Shown here in pieces: positions 49,944 to 60,140 of a DNA stretch of 64,000 nucleotides. The notes under the pieces are model-generated. The model saw only the letters and a list, made by a program, of their open reading frames with translations. It searched no databases and had not been told where the DNA came from. Location: positions 248,001-312,000 of the forward strand of contig OZ245843.1 in assembly GCA_965228875.1 (NCBI GenBank), read 5' to 3'. This DNA comes from Thalassobaculaceae bacterium. Its GTDB lineage: Bacteria; Pseudomonadota; Alphaproteobacteria; Thalassobaculales; Thalassobaculaceae. The translations under genes were made by a program, and so were the position numbers. Position 1 is the first letter of the stretch. Every line of letters starts with the position of its first letter.

Positions 49944-50969
49944 TTACTTCAGAAGGCCGATCGACCGCATGTAGCTGTAGTGCGCCTCTAGAGCGGCACG
50001 CGCTTCCGGAGATTTCTCGGCTGTTTCCTCCCAAGCCTCGACGGCAATCGCACGAAACTTGTCGCGCTCGGCCTGGGGCCAGTCGATGATCGTGATCTCG
50101 CCGCCGGCTGCATCCTTGGCCGCCTGCGCCCGATCCTGAAGGTCGAGTTGTCGCCGCACGTCGTCGTAAGCCGCATAGAACCAGATCTCGACCGCGTCTT
50201 GCTGCTCCGGCGTAAGGCCGTCCCAAATGCCCTTGTTGATCGTCATCTGGCGCACGGCCATCGAATGGATGCCAGGGTACAGCGGGTAGGTGGCCACCTG
50301 GTGGAAGCCCGAGGTCGAGTTGTTTATGTAGGCCGAAGCATCCGCTGCATCGATCACGCCCTTTTCGAGCGAGGTAAACACGTCGGACAACGACATGGAA
50401 ACCGGTGCCGCGCCTGCTTTTTGAAAGACAGTGGCCGCCAATCCTGAGGGCGACCGGATCTTTATCCCCTTCAGATCCGCCACTCCGCGAATTGGCACTT
50501 TGGCAACGAGCGCTTCTTTTGCGGCGGCTGCGCAGCCAACGACATGCAGTGCACCCGGCACGGTGGCGTCCCAGAGTTCTTGTAGAATTTCACGCCCGCC
50601 GCCATGACGGCAGAATGTCTGGACTTGGTCCACCGAGTCGTATCCCGCAATCAGATCGCCGAGGATCGCAAAAGCCGGGTTCCGGCCGGTGAAATAGGAC
50701 ACCGCCGTCAGATCGCCCTGCAGAACGCCGCCCATAACAGCTTCGGGCGTGTCGCTCCGGTCCACGATCGAGTTGATGGGCGTGAACTCCAGCTTGACCT
50801 CACCGCCCGTCATGGTCGCGAGCCTGGGACCCCAGGTTTCGGCGACATAGGTGTATTCGAACGCCCCAGATTGCGTGGATGTTTGAAGTTTTAGAACAGT
50901 CTCGGCGTTTGCGGTGCCGCATGCGAGCCCGGCGCCAAGTAGTGCGACTGATAGAAGCTTCTTGGACAT
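49944..50969 (-). CDS. dctP: TRAP substrate-binding protein
   Basis: GGAGGAG RBS, signal peptide, DLKGIKIRSP and FTSLEKGVIDAAD motifs. Confidence 0.92.
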   Translation of the reverse strand: MSKKLLSVALLGAGLACGTANAETVLKLQTSTQSGAFEYTYVAETWGPRLATMTGGEVKLEFTPINSIVDRSDTPEAVMGGVLQGDLTAVSYFTGRNPAFAILGDLIAGYDSVDQVQTFCRHGGGREILQELWDATVPGALHVVGCAAAAKEALVAKVPIRGVADLKGIKIRSPSGLAATVFQKAGAAPVSMSLSDVFTSLEKGVIDAADASAYINNSTSGFHQVATYPLYPGIHSMAVRQMTINKGIWDGLTPEQQDAVEIWFYAAYDDVRRQLDLQDRAQAAKDAAGGEITIIDWPQAERDKFRAIAVEAWEETAEKSPEARAALEAHYSYMRSIGLLK

Positions 50970-51081
50970 GTTTCTCCTCCCTCTCGGCGCCGCTGACATG
51001 AGGTGCGGGCTATTGCCGAATTTAATGACGGCATTGTTTCCGGCGTTGCTCTCGTAGTCAATACTCCTTACACTTGGCGCG

Positions 51082-51753
51082 ATGATCACGATCCGGAAAT
51101 CCAAGGAAACCAGGGCCGAGGCTGCATATTCTCGGTTGAAGACCGCCATCCTTGGAAACGAAATGCCGGCTGGGTCCCAGGCGATGGAACCGGAACTTGC
51201 GCTTCGGTACGGCGTCTCCCGCGCGACGATTCGCGAAGCTCTGATCCGGCTGGAAGCGGAAGGGTTGATCGAGGTCGTGCCGCGCCGCGGCGCGCGCGTG
51301 TTGCCGATCGTCGCCGACGACATGCAAGAGATCTATCAGCTCTTGATTTCACTGGAATCGGATGCCGCATACGAACTGGCCAACCGCGGATTGACGGAGC
51401 GAGAAATCGAGCGGCTGACGGACGCAAACAACGCTATGGTTCAAGCCCTAGACAAAAACGACCTAGCTGCGTGGGCCGTCGCCGACGATGCCTTCCACCG
51501 TGGAGTGCTGGACATTCACGGAAACAAACGGCTGGGAAAGTTCGTCACATCTCTAATGAATCAAGCCCATCGGGCACGGCTGGTCACTCGTAGATTCCGA
51601 CCGCTTCCGACCAAATCCATTCAAGAGCACAGCAGTATCTTGGAGGCCCTTCGGCTCCGGGACGCTGATGCGGCGCGGGAGCTTTTCAAGGCGCATCGAA
51701 AGAGAAGCGCCCATGAAATTTTGGAGATTCTAGAGAAGCTGCCACAAGTATAG
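51082..51753 (+). CDS. GntR (FadR/FCD) family regulator
   Basis: LALRYGVSRATIREALIRLEAEGLI wHTH, DDAFH and SIQEH motifs; divergent from the TRAP operon. Confidence 0.93.
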   Translation: MITIRKSKETRAEAAYSRLKTAILGNEMPAGSQAMEPELALRYGVSRATIREALIRLEAEGLIEVVPRRGARVLPIVADDMQEIYQLLISLESDAAYELANRGLTEREIERLTDANNAMVQALDKNDLAAWAVADDAFHRGVLDIHGNKRLGKFVTSLMNQAHRARLVTRRFRPLPTKSIQEHSSILEALRLRDADAARELFKAHRKRSAHEILEILEKLPQV

Positions 51754-51825
51754 GCACCTTCCGCGTAGCGAATCGTTGGAACACGAACTGATCAGCCCCC
51801 ACTGACTGGTCCAGTTTGAACCTTA

Positions 51826-52831
51826 GGTGTTTAGTCCTGTGGTGTAGTGGTAAGTTGCCATCGACCGAAGAGAGGGACGCGCTATGGGCCAGATTTTGCA
51901 CGGGAGCGCCACGACCACGCACGCCATCCGAGCTGCGATACAGCGATCGCAAGCTTCGGTCTCGGAGTTAGCCGAGCGCTACGGCCTCAATGAGAAAACC
52001 GTCCGGAAGTGGCGCAAGCGGTCCACGGTCGAGGACGCGCGGATGGGGCCGAAGGAGGTGCGCTCGTCCGTTCTCAGCCCGGGGGAGGAGGCAATGTGCG
52101 TGGCTTTCCGTCGCCATACGCTTTTGCCGCTGGACGACTGTCTTTATGCGCTCCAGGCGTCTATCCCGCATCTCAGTCGGTCGGCGCTGCACCGCCTGTT
52201 CCAGCGCCATGACATCAGCCGCCTGCCGGGCATGGAGGGCGACAAGCCAAGGCGTTCGAAGTTTAAGCGGTACCCGATCGGCTACTTGCACATCGACATC
52301 GCCGAGCTGCGCACCGAGGAGGGCAAGCTCTGGATGTTCGTCGCCATCGACCGCACGAGCAAATTCGCCTTCGCCAAGCTGGTTGAGAAGGCCGGGAAGA
52401 TGGCGGCGGCTGCATTCCTTCGCGAGGTGGTCGAGGCGCTGCCCTACCGCGTCCACACGGTACTCACCGACAACGGCGTCCAGTTCGCGAACCGAAAGCA
52501 GGACAAGTACGCCCTCTCTCATGCCTTCGGCATCGCCTGCGCTGAACACGGGATCGAGCACCGACTGACGAAGTTGAACCATCCCTGGACGAACGGCCAG
52601 GTCGAGCGGATGAACCGCACGATCAAGGAAGCCACCGTCAAGCGATACCACTACGGCAGCCACCAACAGCTCCGCACGCATCTCGCCGACTTCGTCGCAG
52701 CTTACAACTACGCCCGAAGGCTCAAGGTCCTACGCGGCCTCACCCCGTATGAGTACGTCATCAAATGCTGGACCGAGGAACCGGACCGGTTCGAACTGGA
52801 TCCACGCCACTACACCATGGGACCAAACACC
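51826..52831 (+). mobile_element. IS481-family insertion sequence, intact
   Basis: IRs GGTGTTT[A/G]GTCC..TGGTGTAGTGG, with TA on both sides. Confidence 0.88.
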
Positions 52832-52834
52832 TAA
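51884..52834 (+). CDS. IS481-family transposase
   Basis: HIDI, VLTDNG and PWTNGQVERMNRTIKE DDE motifs. Confidence 0.93.
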   Translation: MGQILHGSATTTHAIRAAIQRSQASVSELAERYGLNEKTVRKWRKRSTVEDARMGPKEVRSSVLSPGEEAMCVAFRRHTLLPLDDCLYALQASIPHLSRSALHRLFQRHDISRLPGMEGDKPRRSKFKRYPIGYLHIDIAELRTEEGKLWMFVAIDRTSKFAFAKLVEKAGKMAAAAFLREVVEALPYRVHTVLTDNGVQFANRKQDKYALSHAFGIACAEHGIEHRLTKLNHPWTNGQVERMNRTIKEATVKRYHYGSHQQLRTHLADFVAAYNYARRLKVLRGLTPYEYVIKCWTEEPDRFELDPRHYTMGPNT

Positions 52835-52984
52835 CGTTCAAACTGGACCAGTCAGTGGGGGCTGATCAAACGGATAGCCAACTCTCGGTGGTTTCAGGCC
52901 CCCGCAACCAGCGACAGTTGACGCCCCGCTGCAATCGCCGCGGGGTGTTCGTGTGTCTAAGGCCCAGTAGCGCTCAACGCCAGG

Positions 52985-54183
52985 TGACCTGAGCCCCGAG
53001 TTTCCTCCGGCTATTGGTAGAGCCCGGGCATCGATTGATGGCTATTTGTTGATGGGATGGCAAGCAGGTGCGGGGCATGCTCCGCACCTGCTTGGTCGGC
53101 GATCTCGGAGGGTGTTCTGCCGCCCAGGCTCGAGTGCGGTCTAACGGTGTTGTAGTCCTCCTTCCAGGCGCCGAGCACGGCGCGGGCGTGGCCCAGCGAG
53201 GCGAACAGTGTCTCGTTGAGGCACTCGTCGCGCAGGCGCCCGTTGAAGCTCTCCACGAAGCCGTTCTGCATCGGCTTGCCCGGCGCGATGTAGTGCCATT
53301 CAACGGCACGCTCCTGGCTCCAGCGCAGCACCGCCATGCTGGTGAGTTCGGTGCCGTTATCGCTGACGATGGTCTGCGGCCTGGCCCGCCGCCGCCAGAT
53401 CAGGGTGTCGAGCTCCCGCACCACGCGCTGGCCCGAGAGCGAGGTGTCGGCCACCAGGGCCAGGCACTCGCGGGTGAAGTCGTCGACGATCGCCAGGATC
53501 CGGAAACGCCGTCCGTCCGACAATGCGTCGGACACGAAGTCCAAGGACCAACGCTGGTTCGGTCCCTGCGGCAGATTTAAGGGCGCGCGTGTTCCCAACG
53601 CCCGCTTACGCCCACCCCGGCGGCGCACCTGGAGCTTCTCCTCGCGATACAGCCGCCTGAGCTTCTTGTGGTTCATCGCGATCCCCTCGCGGGCCAGCAG
53701 CAAGTGCAGGCGCCGGTAGCCGAAGCGACGCCGCTCGCGCGAGAGCGCCCGCAGACGCTCGCGGACCTCCACGTCGTCAGGTCTGCACGATCGGTAGCGC
53801 ACCGACGACCGATCCACCGACAGGACACAACACGCCCGCCGCTCGCTCACCGCGTGCACCGCACGCAGGTGAGCAACGGCCTCCCGCCTCGCCGCGGGCG
53901 TCACCATTTTTTTGACACGATGTCCTTCAACATGGCGTTGTCCAGCATCGCCTCCGCCAGCAGCTTCTTCAGCCGCGCGTTCTCGTCCTCCAGCCCCTTC
54001 AGCCGCTTGGCCTCCGACACCTCCAAGCCCCCGTACTTCGCCTTCCACTTATAGAACGTCGCGTCGCTGATCCCGTGGCGGCGGCACACATCCGCCGTCT
54101 TCTGATCGGCCTCCTGCTCACGCAAAATCGCGATGATCTGCTCTTCGCTGAACCGACTGCGCTTCATCTGATCCGTCACCAGC
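52985..54183 (-). mobile_element. IS3-family element A (orfA 53901-54167, orfB to 53011); left end disrupted
   Basis: MKRSRFSEEQI orfA, A7 -1 frameshift site (53907-53913), [28 protein letters not shown]; right end TGACCTGAGCCCC at 52985. Confidence 0.9.
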
Positions 54184-54218
54184 TGGAGTGCTCCCGAACG
54201 TGCCCCCAGCCGTGGCTA

Positions 54219-56511
54219 GAGCGTTTTCCGATCATTCAGGTTCTGAAGTGCTCCCGAACCTGCCCCCAGCCGTGGCTAGAGTTTTCGGGCCTCGGTCAGC
54301 ATCACGGGCTGGTTACGTGTGCTGATTTCATGAGCGCTGCCGGGACCTTGTTCCCGATTGCGCTGTGCGGTCGCTGTTCGTTGTAGTCTCTACGCCAAGC
54401 CTCCAACTTTTCCGCCGCATCGGCAAGGCTCAGGAACCAGTGGGCGTTCAGACATTCCGCCCGCAGACGGCCGTTGAACGCCTCGATGAAGGCGTTGTCG
54501 GTGGGCTTTCCAGGGCGTGAGAAGTCGAGTGTGACGCCCCGCCGGTAGGCCCACAGGTCCATGTCGCGGGAGATGAACTCTGAGCCCTGGTCCACCCGGA
54601 TCGTCTTCGGATAGCCGATCTGACCGCAGACCCGTTCCAGTGTTGCGACCACGTCTTCGCCCCGGTAGCTGAACCGCGGATCAAGCACCGGGACATAGCG
54701 CGAGTAGGTATCGACGATCGTCAGCACGCGGATCTTGCGGCCCGTTGCCAGCTGATCGTGCACGAAGTCCATTGCCCAGACATCGTTGGAGCCAACGGCT
54801 TCGGTACGGTCGTCACGCAGCTTGGCCTTGACCCGCCGCTTCGGCGTCTTGTTGCGCAGCTGCATGCCCAACTCCCTGTAAACGCGGTAGGTCTTCTTCA
54901 TGTTGATCGTCCAACCCTCCCGCGTGAGAAGGACATGGACCCGTCGGTAGCCGAAGCGCACACGGGTCTGACAGATCTCCCTGATCCGCTGTTCCAAAGC
55001 GGCCTGGTCGGGTCGACGCGAGGTGTATCGGTAGGTCTTGGGATCGAGCAGGATCGCCGCGCAGGCGCGGCGGATCGAGACCGCCCACTCCGATCGCATC
55101 GCATCGACCAGCGTTCTCTTCCGACCAGGCCTCAGAGCTTTCGTTTGATGACGTCCTGCAGCATCTCCTTGTCGAGCGACAAGTCGGCAACGATCTTCTT
55201 CAGCCGAGCGTTCTCATGCTCAAGCTCGCGCATCCGCCGCATCTCCGACGGCATCATGCCTGCGTACTTCTTCTTCCAATTGAAATACGTCGCCTGGCTG
55301 ATCCCAGCCTGACGGCAAACTTCTGCCACTGGCGTTCCGTCCTCGCCCTGCTTGATGATGAACGCCTTCTGCGCGTCCGTGAATCTCGATGCCTTCATCG
55401 TCTCCCGCTCCTCTTCCAGCCAAGGAATCAGACCCGGAAAACTCTAACCAAATTCGAGGGCGTTTCGCGGAGGCACATCAGTTCATATCCTGCAGCGGTG
55501 AAGAAGCCTGTGCAATCTGCTGGCGTGACGGCGTCGATGGCGTCACGGATGGCATCCCAGAGGTCGATTACGGTTCGGGCGGCAGCTTTTTTGAGCAGCG
55601 CCTTGATCTTGGAGAAAGCCATTTCGATGGGATTGAAGTCTGGGCTGTAGGGCGGCAGGAAGCGGAGTTCCGCACCGGCACGTTCGATAGCCTGCCGGAT
55701 CGCGGGCGGCTTGTGTGCCGGAAGATTGTCCATCACCACAACATCGCCGGGCCGCAAGGTCGGGATCAGAACCTGCTCGACGTAAGCCAGGAAAGCGGCC
55801 CCGGTCATAGCCCCATCGAGTGTCATCGGCGCCGTCACGCCGGACAGCCGCAGGGCGCCCACGAAGGTCGTTGTCTTCCAATGCCCATGAGGGATGGGCG
55901 CCCGACAGCGCTCTCCGCGAGCCGCGCGGCCATACAGGCGGGCCATCTTGGTCGAGGTGCCGCACTCGTCGATGAACACCAGGCGCCTGGGATCGAGATC
56001 GGGTTGCCCCTCGAACCAGGCGACGCGGCGTCGGGCTATATCGGCGCGCTCTTGCTCGACAGCATGCGCCGTCTTTTTTCCGAGTGACGCCGTGGCGCTG
56101 GAAGAACCGACACACGAAGCTCGGCAGGAGCCGATAGCCCACGGCGACGTCGAGCCGATCGGAGACCTCCATCAAGGTGAGGTCCGGCTCTTCCTCGATC
56201 CACCTCAGGATCACGTCCCGGTGGGCGTCGATCCGATGCGAGCGCTGATTGCCACCGCGCTTGTCGGGCTCAAGCGTTCCGCGGTTCCGTGCGCGATGGA
56301 CCCAGCGGATTGCCGAGGAAACCCCGATCCCGAACCGTTCGGCAGCCGCTCGGCAGGATGAGCCTGCCTCGGCGGCATCGACCACGCGACGGCGCAGATC
56401 AATGGAGAGAGATTTGGCCGTAAAGGCTGGCCTTCTTCACCAGCCCTCATCTCGAATCAGATTCGAGCCAATCTGGGAATCCACGCGATTCAGTTACAGC
56501 TCAAAACGCTC
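54219..56511 (-). mobile_element. IS630-family element, interrupted (pseudogene)
   Basis: GAGCGTTTT termini, TA duplication in CTAG, A6G frameshift at 56073-56079, [22 protein letters not shown] motifs; apparent start codon reads ACG (56419-56421). Confidence 0.88.
54244..55480 (-). mobile_element. IS3-family element B copy 1, intact (orfA 55132-55398, orfB to 54302)
   Basis: 38-bp imperfect IRs (TGAAGTGCTCCC / TGATGTGCCTCC), 4-bp GTTC target duplication, [23 protein letters not shown]. Confidence 0.92.
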
Positions 56512-57041
56512 TAGAGTTTTGGGGCTTCGGTCAGCATCACGGGCCGGCAGCGTGTGCTGATTTCATGAGCGCTGCCGGGACCTTGTTCCCGATTGCGCTG
56601 TGTGGCCGCTGTTCATTGTAGTCTCTACGCCAAGCCTCCAACTTTTCCGCCGCATCGGCAAGGCTCAGGAACCAGTGGGTGTTCAGGCACTCCGCCCGCA
56701 GACGGCCGTTGAACGCCTCGATGAATGCGTTGTCCGTGGGTTTGCCAGGGCGTGAGAAGTCGAGTGTGATGCCTCGCCGGTAAGCCCATAGGTCCATGTC
56801 GCGGGAGATGAACTCCGAGCCCTGGTCCACCCGGATCGTCTTTGGATAGCCGATCTGGCCGCAGATCCGCTCCAAAGTCGCCACCACGTTCTCGCCCCGG
56901 TAGCTGAACCGCGGATCGAGCACCGGGACGTAGCGCGAGTACGTGTCGACTACCGTCAGCACACGGATCTTGCGGCCCGTTGCCAACTGATCGTGCACGA
57001 AGTCCATGGCCCAGACATCGTTGGAGCCAACGGCTTCGGAC

Positions 57042-57671
57042 CGGTCGTCGGTGCGCTACCGGTCGTGCAGACCGGACGACGGGGAAGTTCGCGAGCGTCT
57101 GCGGGCGCTCTCACGCGAGCGGCGTCGCTTCGGCTACCGGCGCCTGCACTTGCTGCTGGCCCGCGAGGGGATCGCGATGAACCACAAGAAGCTCAGGCGG
57201 CTGTATCGCGAGGAGAAGCTCCAGGTGCGCCGCCGGGGTTGGCGTAAGCGGGCGTTGGGAACACGCGCGCCCTTAAATCTGCCGCAGGGACCGAACCAGC
57301 GTTGGTCCTTGGACTTCGTGTCCGACGCATTGTCGGACGGGCGGCGCTTCCGGATCCTGGCGATCGTCGACGACTTCACCCGCGAGTGCCTGGCCCTGGT
57401 GGCCGACACCTCGCTCTCGGGCCAGCGCGTGGTGCGGGAGCTCGATACCCTGATCTGGCGGCGCCGGACCAGGCCGCAGACCATCGTCAGCGACAACGGC
57501 ACCGAGCTCACCAGCATGGCGGTGCTGCGCTGGAGCCAGGACCGGGCCGTAGAGTGGCACTACATCGCGCCGGGCAAACCGATGCAGAACGGCTTCGTGG
57601 AGAGCTTCAACGGGCGCCTGCGGGACGAGTGCCTGAACGAGACGCTGTTCGCCTCGCTGGGCCACGCCCGC
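57042..57671 (+). pseudogene. Internal orfB fragment of IS3 element A, inverted second copy
   Basis: Protein nearly identical to the 53011-53900 orfB; both ends missing. Confidence 0.88.
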
Positions 57672-57905
57672 ACCTCCTTCGGCCCCATCCGCGCGTCCTC
57701 GACCGTGGACCGCTTGCGCCACTTCCGGACGGTTTTCTCATTGAGGCCGTAGCGCTCGGCTAACTCCGAGACCGAAGCTTGCGATCGCTGTATCGCAGCT
57801 CGAATGGCGTGCGTGGTCGTGGCGCTCCCGTGCAAAATCTGGCCCATAGCGCGTCCCTCTCTTCGGTCGATGGCATCTTACCACTACACCACGGGACTAA
57901 ACACC
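57669..57905 (-). pseudogene. 5' fragment of the IS481-family element, second copy
   Basis: MGQILHGSATT..MGPKEVR identical to the 51884 ORF; left IR ends at 57905 followed by TA. Confidence 0.9.
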
Positions 57906-58012
57906 TAGAGTCACAGACAACGCGCATTGCCGGTCCTGTCCTCGGGTCTGACCGGCGCTGCCAAAGTCTGAGCCCCGTTGCCCGGCGGCAAGAGTGGCCA
58001 AGCTAACGTCAG

Positions 58013-58855
58013 TCAGAGTGTCCCCTCGGCAAGCCGGCGGCTTGCCGTACCAGCGGCTTCAGCCATCGTAACGAACTCCGCGCCATTGGCCGTCAGATGC
58101 TCGATCAGGGCCTCCATCGCCATCAGACGGTGTCCGCGGCCCGATACGAAGGGATGAAACGTATAGGTGATCACCCCCCAATCGAGGTGGCGCCGCATCC
58201 AGTCGTAATCGGCGATCCAGTTGTCCAATGTATCCTTCCAGGAGCGCAGTCCCTGGTTCATGCCAGCTGCTGTCGGCGCGAACTCGAACATCGGGAAGTC
58301 GTCGAGGCTCCAGGCGACCGGCATCTCGATCAGGTCGACCGGGTCGCCGAAGGTCGTTGGTTCCAGGAGCGGCGTCCCCAGATCCCGGAGCGGCCGATAG
58401 GGCAGGTAGTCGTGCCCCATCAGGCTAGAATCATAGCTAAACCCGTTCTCGATCAGTAGATCGAGGCTGTAGGGCGAGAGATCCCAGGCGGGCGAGCGAT
58501 ACCCCGTGGGCCGGACACCAACAATCCGCTGCAGCGAGTCCAGGCCGCGCAGCAGTTCTTCCTCCTCCTCAACCCGGCCAAGATCGGCCGGCCGCCGATG
58601 GGTCCAACCATGATGTCCGATCTCGTGACCGGCATCGACGATCCGGCACACTGAATCAGGGAATGTCTCCACGGTGTGACCGGGTACGAAGAAGGTGCCC
58701 GGAATCGAATGCTTGGCCAGCAGATCCAGGATCCGCTGCACCCCGATCACGCCGAAGGCGCCGCGTGACAATGGTGTGGGGGAGACCATGCCTTTGGCGA
58801 TCCAGATCGACAGGGCATCGAAATCATAGGTCAGACAGACGAGCGACGTCGGCAT
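58013..58855 (-). CDS. Polysaccharide deacetylase (CE4, PgdA/PuuE-like)
   Basis: TYDFD, HEIGHHGWTH, GYRSPAW, YDSSLM and TFHP motifs; GGGAGA RBS. Confidence 0.9.
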   Translation of the reverse strand: MPTSLVCLTYDFDALSIWIAKGMVSPTPLSRGAFGVIGVQRILDLLAKHSIPGTFFVPGHTVETFPDSVCRIVDAGHEIGHHGWTHRRPADLGRVEEEEELLRGLDSLQRIVGVRPTGYRSPAWDLSPYSLDLLIENGFSYDSSLMGHDYLPYRPLRDLGTPLLEPTTFGDPVDLIEMPVAWSLDDFPMFEFAPTAAGMNQGLRSWKDTLDNWIADYDWMRRHLDWGVITYTFHPFVSGRGHRLMAMEALIEHLTANGAEFVTMAEAAGTASRRLAEGTL

Positions 58856-59067
58856 GGCATTCTCCCTATAGGCCGCGCGTAGAGCCAATCGGGCTCGGTG
58901 AATTGGATGCATAGAATTACACTGGTGCGCGTTGTGACTGAATAAGGGAATTTTCTGCAGATTGCGGATCTGGGGGATTGACTTGGCGGAAGAGGTTCTT
59001 TGGAATTGCATACAATATTTTTGAAACCGGATGACTGCATCCGATCAGCGACGATGGGAACCGCGCG

Positions 59068-60051
59068 ATGAAGGACATTCCAATTCTAGATCTCGGCCCG
59101 TATCTGCAAGCTGAACCCGGTGCATTGAAAAGTCTCGCGGCGGAGCTTCAGCACGCGGAAGAAAATGTCGGTTTCTATTTCGTGAAAAACCACGGCGTTC
59201 CCCAGGATCTGATCGATGGGGTATTCGATCAGACGGCGGCGTTCCATGCCCGCCCTCTTGAGGAGAAGCTCAAGGTCAAGGTGAACGACAGCAACCAAGG
59301 CTATCTGCCGATGCGCGGCAGCACCACGCGCAGTTCCAAGGTCAACGTCAACACCAAGCCGAACGTGAACGAGGCGTTCTTCGTCAAGCGCGACCTGTCG
59401 CCCGACCATCCCGACGTGCTGGCGAAGAAGCGGTTCCGCGGCCTGAACCAGTGGCCGGACCCGGCGGAGATGCCCAAGTTCCGGAGCACCGTGCTCGCCT
59501 ATTGCGACGCGATGGAGACGCTCGGCAAGAATTTGCTGCCGGTCTACGCCGTCGCCCTGGATCTGGAACCGAACTGGTTCGACGAAGCTTTCAATGACCC
59601 GCAGTTCACCCTGCGGATGACCCGGTATCCGAAGGTCGAGGCGTATGACGAAAACGAGTTCGGCATCGCGCCGCACACGGACTCGTCCTTCATGACGATC
59701 CTGGCCCAGTCGAAGGTGGCCGGCCTCGAGGTCCGCAAGACCGACGGCACCTGGATCCAGGCGCCGGCCCTTCCCGGGCATTTCATCATCAACTCGGGTG
59801 ACATGCTGAACCGCTGGACCAACGAACGGTTCCTGTCGACGCCGCACCGGGCCGCCAACGGTTCGGCGACCGTCGAGGACCGCTACGCCATCCCGTTCTT
59901 CTTCGACTGCACCCGCGACTACGTCATGAAGTGCATCCCGACCTGCACCGGGCCGGGCAACCCGCCGAAATACGAGCCCACCACCTATGCCCAGTACATG
60001 GACTGGTTCATGGGCCAGAACTACGACCACGTGCGCAAGAAGGCGTCCTGA
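59068..60051 (+). CDS. 2OG-Fe(II) dioxygenase, isopenicillin N synthase family
   Basis: GFYFVKNHG, HTD, WTN..STPHR and RYAIPFF motifs. Confidence 0.93.
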   Translation: MKDIPILDLGPYLQAEPGALKSLAAELQHAEENVGFYFVKNHGVPQDLIDGVFDQTAAFHARPLEEKLKVKVNDSNQGYLPMRGSTTRSSKVNVNTKPNVNEAFFVKRDLSPDHPDVLAKKRFRGLNQWPDPAEMPKFRSTVLAYCDAMETLGKNLLPVYAVALDLEPNWFDEAFNDPQFTLRMTRYPKVEAYDENEFGIAPHTDSSFMTILAQSKVAGLEVRKTDGTWIQAPALPGHFIINSGDMLNRWTNERFLSTPHRAANGSATVEDRYAIPFFFDCTRDYVMKCIPTCTGPGNPPKYEPTTYAQYMDWFMGQNYDHVRKKAS

Positions 60052-60140
60052 GGCGTCCGTCAGCACAGACCCGCGTGCCACCGGGACGCCGCCTTCGCGG
60101 TCGTCCCGATCACTTCCGCTTCACTCTAGGGGAACCGATC

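Larger units (their letters stand above)
51789..52868. mobile_element. IS3-end-derived MITE-like unit carrying an IS481-family element
   Basis: Perfect 33-bp IRs TGATCAGCCCCCACTGACTGGTCCAGTTTGAAC (51789-51821 / 52836-52868) flanked by an AAC direct repeat. Confidence 0.75.
54184..57049 (-). mobile_element. IS3-family element B copy 2, truncated; right IR split by IS630
   Basis: IR TGGAGTGCTCCCGAACGTGCCCCCAGCCGTGGC-TA resumes after 56513; partial orfB 56537-57040 closely matches copy 1. Confidence 0.85.

Noticed and set aside
54184..54281. Two ~35-bp direct repeats 60 bp apart resembling a mini CRISPR array
   Set aside because: They are the right IRs of two IS3-B copies; the apparent spacer is the IS630 end. 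No cas genes.
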